32,000 nt of DNA from Erysipelotrichaceae bacterium MTC7 (GTDB lineage: Bacteria > Bacillota_I > Bacilli_A > Erysipelotrichales > Erysipelotrichaceae): assembly GCA_001695645.1 (NCBI GenBank), contig LVZN01000007.1:25909-57908 (forward strand), in the 5' to 3' direction. The notes beneath the pieces were generated by a model. The model ran no database searches. It was not told the DNA's origin and saw only the letters and a program-made list of their open reading frames with translations. Of this stretch, positions 8,862 to 16,233 are shown one piece after another. A program made the position numbers and the translations under genes. Numbering within the stretch: the stretch's first letter is position 1; every line of letters starts with the position of its first letter.

Positions 8862-10008
8862 CTTGTTCTCCCTTTGCTACTTGTAAAACCATTACGTCCT
8901 TTGAAGACAATATGTTATTTTTATGATCAAATAGTGTGGCTTCCACTTTAATTTCTTCAACATCTCTAGGTAGATCTTCCGCTTCAACAATTAATTTGAA
9001 TCCAACTTTCTTTGGATCGACAAATCCTAAGTATTCATCTTGGAAAGCACGAAGTACATCTTCACGTTCTTCATAAGTGAAGTCATTATATTCTTTTCCA
9101 TCAACAGTAAGCACAAGTTTGTATTCTGGTGCATTCGAAAGCGCCCATCCTTGGATAGCAATTCCATGCCCTTTTTGTATTTTTGTGAAAGCTGTTGGTG
9201 CATCAAGGAACACAGAACCTTTTACTTTAGCTTCTCCACTTTCTATCTGTTTTTCAAGCTCTTGTTTATGATCCAAAGCCAATTGTGTAAGATATTCGGA
9301 AATTACATAATGTGGATCTCCATCTAGACGAAGTTCTCCCTTATAAATCCAAACTGCACGATCACAAATATCTTTAACAACATCTAAACTATGTGTAACA
9401 ATAACAATTGTCTTTCCAGTTTTCTTCAACTTTTTTAGATGATTGTAACACTTATCTTGAAAATGTTGATCTCCAACCGCAAGAATTTCATCAAGTAATA
9501 AGATTTCAGCATCAACATTGATTGCAATTGAAAACGCCAAACGCATGTACATCCCAGACGAATACGTACGAATTGGATTATCAATAAAGTCACCAAGTTC
9601 AGCAAAAGCAATAATATCATCAATTCGCAAATCAATTTCTTTACGAGTTAAACCAAAAATTGCTGCATTAAAATATATATTTTCTCTACCTGTAAAATCT
9701 GGGTGAAAACCTGCACCAAGTTCCAATAGTGACGTAAGTTTTCCTTGCGTTTCCAATGTCCCTGCATTTGGATATAAGATTTTAGTCATGAGTTTCAGCA
9801 ATGTAGACTTACCACTACCATTCACACCTACAAGTGCAACTGTTTCACCCTTCTTTATATCTAGACTAATGTCTTTTAAAATCGTTTTACGAACTGTGTT
9901 CGATTTTCCAATATTAACAATACGTTCTTTCAACGTATTTGGCTTATCATATGTTAGCTTAAAATCCTTATAAAGATTTCTTACTTCTATCGCATTTTCT
10001 GAATGCAT
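8848..10008 (-). CDS. ABC exporter ATP-binding protein (Wzt/TagH/RgpD-like) with a C-terminal extension of about 125 aa
   Basis: Walker A GVNGSGKST, signature YSSGMYMRLAF, Walker B ILLLDE, H-loop VTHS. Residues ~262-386 are a non-ABC extension. SD AAGGAGG. The ATPase precedes the permease, the reverse of the usual wzm-wzt order. Confidence 0.9.
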   Translation of the reverse strand: MHSENAIEVRNLYKDFKLTYDKPNTLKERIVNIGKSNTVRKTILKDISLDIKKGETVALVGVNGSGKSTLLKLMTKILYPNAGTLETQGKLTSLLELGAGFHPDFTGRENIYFNAAIFGLTRKEIDLRIDDIIAFAELGDFIDNPIRTYSSGMYMRLAFSIAINVDAEILLLDEILAVGDQHFQDKCYNHLKKLKKTGKTIVIVTHSLDVVKDICDRAVWIYKGELRLDGDPHYVISEYLTQLALDHKQELEKQIESGEAKVKGSVFLDAPTAFTKIQKGHGIAIQGWALSNAPEYKLVLTVDGKEYNDFTYEEREDVLRAFQDEYLGFVDPKKVGFKLIVEAEDLPRDVEEIKVEATLFDHKNNILSSKDVMVLQVAKGEQDATV

Positions 10009-10055
10009 AGTACCTCCTTACAACACTAAAAAATTAGTGTTTAGAAACTCACTCT

Positions 10056-10083
10056 ATTATATATGAAAACGCTAAAAAGTGAA
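10056..10083 (-). promoter_or_regulatory. Candidate promoter of the ABC-exporter operon
   Basis: Minus strand has TTCACT (10083..10078, inside the upstream terminator stem), a 16-nt spacer, then TATAAT (10061..10056). The 5' UTR holds an 8-bp hairpin AACACUAA-UUUU-UUAGUGUU (10022..10041), 2 nt before the SD. Confidence 0.5.
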
Positions 10084-10113
10084 ATAACAAAGCGTATTTC
10101 CTTGTTATTTCAC
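10074..10113 (-). terminator. Rho-independent terminator downstream of the DUF2971 gene
   Basis: Perfect 12-bp stem GUGAAAUAACAA/UUGUUAUUUCAC (10113..10102 / 10090..10079), 11-nt loop, followed on the minus strand by UUUUU (10078..10074). Confidence 0.75.
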
Positions 10114-10238
10114 AAAACTTTCACTTTTTCTATTTTTCAATCAAATACCCAATCATAATTAATCAATGTCAACATTCATTTCATTCTTACTTTGTACCTC
10201 ATTTAATCTATGTTATACACTTGTAACGAACATAAATC

Positions 10239-11084
10239 TTACTTCAGAGGACAATCAGAAACTAATACTTTTTTAGCTAATTCAGGATAGTTTAGTTTTG
10301 AAAAGAATAATTCTAAGTCTTTCTCACCTTGACTTGATTTTGGTCCAATAACGATGGAATCGATTAAATCTTCCATCTTAATTCCTAATTCCTTAAGTTT
10401 TTCTTTTATCTTGAGTACGTATACAACGCGAATCGTTTCTGAAGTAATAAGTTTAACATTGGAATCATCTTTTTTAACAAACAACGGATGCATTCGTACT
10501 TCTTGCTCAGATGTAAAACTCTTGTGTTTATGCATGTATGAGACTGCGTGCAAATTACTAATCGCACCACTCAATGAATTAAACCCACCCATTACTTTCC
10601 CATCACGATATCTTTTCAGTACTGACAAAAGCTCCGACTTTTTTATATTCTTTTCGTAATTTATGGGAATAAGCGTTAGATTCTCATGTATTTTATCATT
10701 AAGGATATGCTCCAAAAAAGTATACAATACATCTGTATTAAAAACGATTGCCACCCCAGTTCCTCCGCGCGCATATCTGTCCCACATACTTACATCATCT
10801 CTTGCTTTCGATAATGAGAAAGAAAAATAAAATAATTCAGCTTGATTTTCAATCTCAGTTTCTATTTCTTTCATTCTATCAAAGCAATTACATGGATCTT
10901 TTCTTAATTCCTCTAATACTTCTTCTTTGAACATAATTAATTCTTTATGATCATTCAAATTATCGTAATTACCAAACCAAAACTCATCATTTTGGAATAT
11001 CCCTGTCAAAGCTGTTGGTGATGTGTAATGCCACAGTGTATCGCCGTGCTCTTGAATAAACTTCTCTTTTACATTTTCTCCCAT
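10239..11084 (-). CDS. DUF2971-family protein of unknown function
   Basis: 281 aa. Motifs I recognise from DUF2971: LWHYTSPTALTGIFQNDEFWFGNYDNLNDHKE, FSFSLSKARDDVSMWDRYARGGTGVAIVF and KSFTSEQEVRM. SD AAGGGAG. It has its own terminator and is not translationally coupled to its neighbours. Confidence 0.75.
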   Translation of the reverse strand: MGENVKEKFIQEHGDTLWHYTSPTALTGIFQNDEFWFGNYDNLNDHKELIMFKEEVLEELRKDPCNCFDRMKEIETEIENQAELFYFSFSLSKARDDVSMWDRYARGGTGVAIVFNTDVLYTFLEHILNDKIHENLTLIPINYEKNIKKSELLSVLKRYRDGKVMGGFNSLSGAISNLHAVSYMHKHKSFTSEQEVRMHPLFVKKDDSNVKLITSETIRVVYVLKIKEKLKELGIKMEDLIDSIVIGPKSSQGEKDLELFFSKLNYPELAKKVLVSDCPLK

Positions 11085-11182
11085 ATTACTCTTTTTCTCC
11101 CTTTTTATTAAATAATTTCTAGATGTACAGATAACATCTTTTTACTATTAAGTTTTTTGCAATGCCCTCCTTGACACATAAT

Positions 11183-11214
11183 GAAAAAGAGAAACATTAT
11201 TGTTTCGCCTTTTC
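11183..11214 (-). terminator. Hairpin 5 nt after the thrS stop (candidate terminator)
   Basis: GAAAAGGCGAAACA-AUAA-UGUUUCUCUUUUUC forms a 14-bp stem with one C-U mismatch and one G-U pair. Alternatively it is a 6-bp core stem followed by UCUUUUUC. Confidence 0.5.
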
Positions 11215-11219
11215 TTTAT

Positions 11220-12950
11220 TTATTCCTTTGTTTCGATTTCTTTTACTACTAATTCCACAAATTCTTCTTGTGATACAGTTGTCGTTTTTTGTTCACCATA
11301 ACGACGGAAACTAATTGTTTTTTCGTCGCGTTCAGCATCTCCTAAAATCAACATAAATGGTGATTTCTTCATTTGGTTCTCACGGATTCTGTATCCTAGT
11401 TTTTCTTCACGTGCATCTAAATCAACACGAATACCTTGTGCTTTTAATAATTCTACTACTTCCTTTGCATATTCTAAATGGTATTCATTTTTAACTGGTA
11501 AGACTGCTACTTGAACAGGTGCTAACCATGTTGGGAACGCTCCTGCATAGTGTTCAATCAAAATCCCAATGAAACGTTCGATTGATCCAAAAATTGCACG
11601 GTGTAACATAACTGGACGTTTCTTACTACCATCTGCATCAACATATGTTAAATCAAAACGTTCAGGTAAGTTTGCATCAAGTTGGATTGTACCACATTGC
11701 CAACTTCTTCCTAATGAATCACGAATGTGGAAGTCAAGTTTTGGACCATAGAATGCCCCATCACCTGGGTTAAGTTTCCATTCTTTACCACTGGCTTCGA
11801 TTGCTTTTTGTAGGATTACTTCACTTTTATCCCAAGATTCGATTGTTCCAATGTATTTATCTTCTGGACGTGTACTTAATTCAATACGGTAATCCAATTT
11901 AAATGTTGAATAAATCTTGTCGATTAATTTCAATAAACGTAAGATTTCGCTTTCAATTTGATCTTCACGCATAAAGATATGTGCATCATCTTGTGTGAAT
12001 GTACGAACACGGAATAATCCGTTTAATGCTCCACTTGCTTCATGACGGTGAACTTGTCCTAACTCTCCTGATCGAATTGGAAGATCTTTATATGAATGTA
12101 ATCCATTTTTATATACTAACATTCCCCCTGGACAGTTCATTGGTTTCACAGCGTATACACGGTCATCTACATCACAAGTGTACATATTATCTTGATAGTT
12201 CGCCCAGTGTCCACTTAGTTCCCAAAGTTCTTTAGACATCATGATTGGTGTCTTAATGAATGTATAATCATCTTTGTGTACTTCATACCAGAAGTCCTCA
12301 AGTAATTTACGAATCACCATACCATTTGGTAAGAAGAATGGCATACCAGGAGCGTATTCGCTCATCATAAAGATATCTAACTCGCGACCTAATTTCTTAT
12401 GGTCACGGCGTTTTGCTTCTTCAAGTAAGTTTAAGTATGCTTCTAAATCTTCTTTTGTTTCAAAACATACCCCATAGATACGTTGTAATACTTTATTGTT
12501 TTTGTCACCTTTCCAGTATGCACCAGAATGTTTCATCAACTTAAAGTTTTTAACTTCTTTTACCGTATCTACGTGAGGTCCACGACAAAGATCCACAAAG
12601 TCTCCTTGACGATATACAGTAATTGTTCCATCTTCTAAAGCGTTGATTAAATCAAGTTTGTATTCATCATCTTTAAACATTTCAATTGCATCTGCTTTTG
12701 AAATTTCTTCTTTGACAATACGTTTTCCATCTTTAATAATCTTTTTCATTTCTTTCTCGATTTTTGGAATGTCTTCGTCACGAATGACGTCATCTCCTAA
12801 ATCAATGTCATAGTAGAATCCTTCTTCTACTACCGGTCCTACCCAAAACTTTGCTTGTGGGTATAAGTGTTTTACTGCTTGTGCTAGTACGTGAGCAGCT
12901 GAATGATTCAAGCGGTTTAATCGTTCATCATTTAAAAAATCCATGTTCAT
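11220..12950 (-). CDS. thrS: Threonine--tRNA ligase, short form lacking the N-terminal TGS domain
   Basis: 576 aa. It begins directly with the editing domain (HSAAHVLAQAV, DLCRGPH). It then has the class II catalytic core (RDHKKLGREL, FRVRTFTQDDAHIF, HRAIFGSIERF) and an anticodon-binding domain. SD AAGGAG lies 9 nt from the ATG at 12950. Confidence 0.97.
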   Translation of the reverse strand: MNMDFLNDERLNRLNHSAAHVLAQAVKHLYPQAKFWVGPVVEEGFYYDIDLGDDVIRDEDIPKIEKEMKKIIKDGKRIVKEEISKADAIEMFKDDEYKLDLINALEDGTITVYRQGDFVDLCRGPHVDTVKEVKNFKLMKHSGAYWKGDKNNKVLQRIYGVCFETKEDLEAYLNLLEEAKRRDHKKLGRELDIFMMSEYAPGMPFFLPNGMVIRKLLEDFWYEVHKDDYTFIKTPIMMSKELWELSGHWANYQDNMYTCDVDDRVYAVKPMNCPGGMLVYKNGLHSYKDLPIRSGELGQVHRHEASGALNGLFRVRTFTQDDAHIFMREDQIESEILRLLKLIDKIYSTFKLDYRIELSTRPEDKYIGTIESWDKSEVILQKAIEASGKEWKLNPGDGAFYGPKLDFHIRDSLGRSWQCGTIQLDANLPERFDLTYVDADGSKKRPVMLHRAIFGSIERFIGILIEHYAGAFPTWLAPVQVAVLPVKNEYHLEYAKEVVELLKAQGIRVDLDAREEKLGYRIRENQMKKSPFMLILGDAERDEKTISFRRYGEQKTTTVSQEEFVELVVKEIETKE

Positions 12951-12971
12951 ATTAAGTATCTCCTTTTTTAT

Positions 12972-13182
12972 AAAAAAGCATCCATCCCAAAGGACGAATG
13001 CATCGTGTTACCACCTTAATTTGTGTAATAATCTATTACACCTCAAATCTCTTAACGCGAGTAACGGGACATCTTTCAAGTCCAACTCCAAGGTAGTAAA
13101 TCAAACATCTCTCATAAAGCTTCCACCAACCGCTCTACTCTCTACATCAATTTGTAAGATTGTTGTCCTTTTCTTTGTTGTT
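12972..13182 (-). promoter_or_regulatory. T-box riboswitch leader (threonine specifier) with terminator/antiterminator
   Basis: Minus strand shows five elements. GA/AGAGA elements (UUGAUGUAGAGAGUAGAGC). A distal-loop-like UGGUGGAAGCU. ACU ACC at 13097..13092. Stem III GUGUAAUA-GAU-UAUUACAC. The T-box sequence AAUUAAGGUGGUAACACG (about 13003..13022). The terminator GCAUUCGUCC-UUUG-GGAUGGAUGC plus UUUUUU follows at 13001..12972. Confidence 0.9.
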
Positions 13183-13188
13183 ATGTTA

Positions 13189-13217
13189 TTTATACAACTT
13201 TAGTCAATCGTTGTCAA
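13189..13217 (-). promoter_or_regulatory. Promoter of the thrS T-box leader
   Basis: Minus strand has TTGACA (13217..13212), a 17-nt spacer, then TATAAA (13194..13189). It begins 8 nt after the stop of the upstream gene. Confidence 0.75.
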
Positions 13218-13224
13218 TTTTAAA

Positions 13225-13569
13225 CTACTTCTTTTTTTCTTCCTCGTATTTGTCAATGCTCAACTTCTGTATCAACGACTTATTCTTTTCTTTTAGTTGT
13301 GTGATTTGCATGGTTTGACGAAATAAAAGTAAATACACAAAGAAAGTAAATAATCCAAAAATAAAGTTTGCTGCTGACATGAATCCTAACGTTTCACTTA
13401 CCCAAAATATGATTTGTGGAAAGATACTAATCACAAAAAGGAACAATGCCCAGATAATCCAAATAATTGAATCATCAATGTTTAATTTATTCTTGCGAAT
13501 ATTGCGTAAAATAAACAGTAGTGTTCCTACACTAACAATAATGAAAAATGGTTGTAATGAAAATGCCAT
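13225..13569 (-). CDS. Small membrane protein, DUF2304/GacJ-like partner of the adjacent GT2
   Basis: 114 aa with three or four hydrophobic helices and a charged coiled-coil tail (LKEKNKSLIQKLSIDKYEEEKKK). There is a 1-nt gap after the short GT2 gene. SD GGAAGGTGA. The size and layout match GacJ-type proteins. Confidence 0.65.
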   Translation of the reverse strand: MAFSLQPFFIIVSVGTLLFILRNIRKNKLNIDDSIIWIIWALFLFVISIFPQIIFWVSETLGFMSAANFIFGLFTFFVYLLLFRQTMQITQLKEKNKSLIQKLSIDKYEEEKKK

Positions 13570-13570
13570 A

Positions 13571-14260
13571 TTACTTCACCTTCCTTATCGGTTCAATTAA
13601 GAAAATGGATATCAACATTCGGCTCATGTATTTAATCGTATTACTTAAATTCAAGTATGATTCTCCAAATTCACGATCATGCATTTCTACCTGTACTTCT
13701 TTAACCTTACATTTTTTTCTAAGCATATACACCAATGTATCTGGTTCTGGTGGATTGTTTAATCCGTGTGCATATTCTTCAAGTGCTTTTTTATCATAAG
13801 CTCTTAGTCCACTTGTTGGGTCAACAATTCGTTTGCGGGTAACAATAAAAATTGCTGTTGATATCAAACGGCTACCTAACATACGTGCAGTAAATGGTTT
13901 CTTTTCACTAACAAATCGTGAACCAATGACAATATCATTCCCTGCTTCGATCTCATCAACCATCATTTTCAAATAACGTGCATCATGTTGCCCGTCTCCA
14001 TCAAATTGAATGGCTACATCGTAACCATTACGTAGTGCATATTTGAAACCAGTTTGTACTGCTCCAAATAAGCCTAAGTTTAGAAAGCTATTAATGTAGT
14101 TAAAGTTATTTCGCTTCAACACTTCTATTGTATTATCCGTACTTCCATCATTCACGATAACATAGTCCATGCCTTTTGCATTTGCTAAGACATCTGCTAC
14201 AGTCTTTTCAATATTCATCGCCTCGTTATACGCTGGAATCACAATTAATGTTTTTTTCAT
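13571..14260 (-). CDS. Short soluble GT2, GacI-like polyprenyl-phosphate sugar synthase candidate
   Basis: 229 aa. Motifs VIPAYNEAMNI...VNDGSTDNT...QFDGDGQHD (DxD-type). It has no C-terminal TM helices and is paired with a DUF2304-like gene. Confidence 0.7.
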   Translation of the reverse strand: MKKTLIVIPAYNEAMNIEKTVADVLANAKGMDYVIVNDGSTDNTIEVLKRNNFNYINSFLNLGLFGAVQTGFKYALRNGYDVAIQFDGDGQHDARYLKMMVDEIEAGNDIVIGSRFVSEKKPFTARMLGSRLISTAIFIVTRKRIVDPTSGLRAYDKKALEEYAHGLNNPPEPDTLVYMLRKKCKVKEVQVEMHDREFGESYLNLSNTIKYMSRMLISIFLIEPIRKVK

Positions 14261-14316
14261 GTATACCTCTCACTCAACCATATTAATATAACACATATCT
14301 TTAGCATAAAGAATGT

Positions 14317-16221
14317 TTAATCGCGAAATGTGTATGCCTTTACCTTTGATAAATTTGGACTATAAAATGGGTCCTCATCTGTATTAATCTCCATTTTTAT
14401 CCATTTATCAAGTGAGCGCTTATCAATCGCTTCAACAATTGAAGACGTGTTTGTCTCTATCTCAACTGCAGGCAACAACACATTACGGTATCTATTTGCA
14501 TATATCTGAAGATGTAGGTCAAAGAATACATCTGCTCTTACTAAGTTTCCGTCAAGCTTTATTTGATTTACGATTTTTTTTGAAATCATGAAACAAGAAT
14601 CTTCCAAAACTCGTGCATTTGATGGGATAAGTAAGGTGCTATACACACCATAATCCGTTTCATTTGCTTTTGGGTGCAAGAAAAGTAATTTTTCATCGAT
14701 AAGCGCATAACTGCTTCCTATCACTTCATTTTGATACAACACTTTGCCCCCAACTACTCCGATTTCTTCTTGCTGACTATAACCAAGCATCAATTCTAAT
14801 GCATCAAAATTGGAAAAGGTTATCGGTTCATTTACAAACACAAAATGGCTTGCTGTACTTTCAATGCAATATGCATTCACAGTTGAAACAAACGAGTCCT
14901 TAATCGGAATACAAATAACGTTTGCAAAGCTTTGATTTTTCTTTACGAAAGCAATAATACTTACTTTCTTATATGACTGCTCTTTACATGTGGCAACAAG
15001 ACGATTCATATCTTCTGCGCTGAAGTTTTTAGCGTCAACTAGTATTTCAATAGCATCGTCACCTTGAACAACATACTTCACAAAGTAATGTGTATCAAGA
15101 ACAATATCAACTTGAACAGTTGTTTGCTTATTTTCAAAATATGATACCAATGCTTTTTTTCCAGCAATTGCAGCATAGTTCTTTGATGTTGCACTAGTCG
15201 AAGTTGATCCTGGTAACATTCGCCAATGATACAATACTTTAGGAATATGATATATTCGATTTGTTTTTTCGATGATACGTAGAAACAAATCATAGTCTTG
15301 CGCACCTTCATACCCAACACGAAAACCACCAATCTCTTTCATTAAAGATGTACGCACAACATTAAAATGACACAAGTAATTACTGCCATAAAACTTATCA
15401 GCCGCATAATCAGGTTTAAACTGTGGATCAAAACGGTTTTCACTCATATCCAGTTTATCTTCATCCGAATAAATAAAGTCAAGCTCCTGATCTTGATTTA
15501 GTGCGTATGCCATTTCATATAAAGCATTTGGTCGCAAAACATCATCGTTGTCCATCATTGCAACAAACTCTCCTTGTACCATGGCTAGTGCTGAATTGCT
15601 CGCATTTGATATATGTCCATTTTCTTTTCGATAACATATGTGAATACGTGCATCTTTTGCCTCGTATTCTTTTAATGTTTGCAATGTCTCCTGATTTGTT
15701 GATGCATCATCAGCAATACATACTTCAAAGTTTTGATAGCTTTGATTTCTTATTGAATCCAAGCAAGCCACTAAGTATTTGCGTTCCACATTATACACGG
15801 GAATGATAAGCGAAAATACTGGCTGATATGTTAGATTGCTATATGCATCTCTATGCTCATTGGTTTCAATCCATTTTTGATATGCTAATACATCTCGCAA
15901 ATTACTTGTATGTATTATGGTATCATCTTGATTTTTCAATTGTTTCAATACATTGTATTTGATTATATATATTGTTTCCTTGTTTCCTTGTGCATCCTCA
16001 CAAACAACGTTATAAGTATGCATCATTTTGTTTTTTGCTAATGGTGTACGCAAACTAAACGATACTGATGAACAACCATTTGATAACAGTTCCATTTTAT
16101 AATACACCTGTTTTTTGTCCTGGATGTATACATACTTAGCATTGCTTTCAGCCCAACCACTTAAAAAAAGAAAAGGATTTCGCTTACCATAGATTTTACA
16201 TTCTTTAATTTTATAGTGCAT
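14317..16221 (-). CDS. GT2 glycosyltransferase with an N-terminal unknown domain and a degenerate second GT-A-like domain
   Basis: 634 aa. Domain 1 is intact (IIPVYN...ADDAST...MDNDD...EGAQDYDL) and clearly paralogous to 5892..8081. The region equivalent to that paralog's domain 2 lacks the matching motifs (VFVNEPITF in place of LLNNDTEV; IETNTSS in place of HYESKSRG). Confidence 0.85.
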   Translation of the reverse strand: MHYKIKECKIYGKRNPFLFLSGWAESNAKYVYIQDKKQVYYKMELLSNGCSSVSFSLRTPLAKNKMMHTYNVVCEDAQGNKETIYIIKYNVLKQLKNQDDTIIHTSNLRDVLAYQKWIETNEHRDAYSNLTYQPVFSLIIPVYNVERKYLVACLDSIRNQSYQNFEVCIADDASTNQETLQTLKEYEAKDARIHICYRKENGHISNASNSALAMVQGEFVAMMDNDDVLRPNALYEMAYALNQDQELDFIYSDEDKLDMSENRFDPQFKPDYAADKFYGSNYLCHFNVVRTSLMKEIGGFRVGYEGAQDYDLFLRIIEKTNRIYHIPKVLYHWRMLPGSTSTSATSKNYAAIAGKKALVSYFENKQTTVQVDIVLDTHYFVKYVVQGDDAIEILVDAKNFSAEDMNRLVATCKEQSYKKVSIIAFVKKNQSFANVICIPIKDSFVSTVNAYCIESTASHFVFVNEPITFSNFDALELMLGYSQQEEIGVVGGKVLYQNEVIGSSYALIDEKLLFLHPKANETDYGVYSTLLIPSNARVLEDSCFMISKKIVNQIKLDGNLVRADVFFDLHLQIYANRYRNVLLPAVEIETNTSSIVEAIDKRSLDKWIKMEINTDEDPFYSPNLSKVKAYTFRD

Positions 16222-16233
16222 AAATATCCTTTC

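Noticed and set aside
11220-12950. thrS as a truncated pseudogene or an antibiotic-resistance/auxiliary copy
   Set aside because: The reading frame is intact with a good SD, and the editing, class II catalytic and anticodon-binding motifs are all present. A standard Thr T-box controls it. Short TGS-less ThrRS forms are normal in some lineages. A second copy cannot be assessed from this window.
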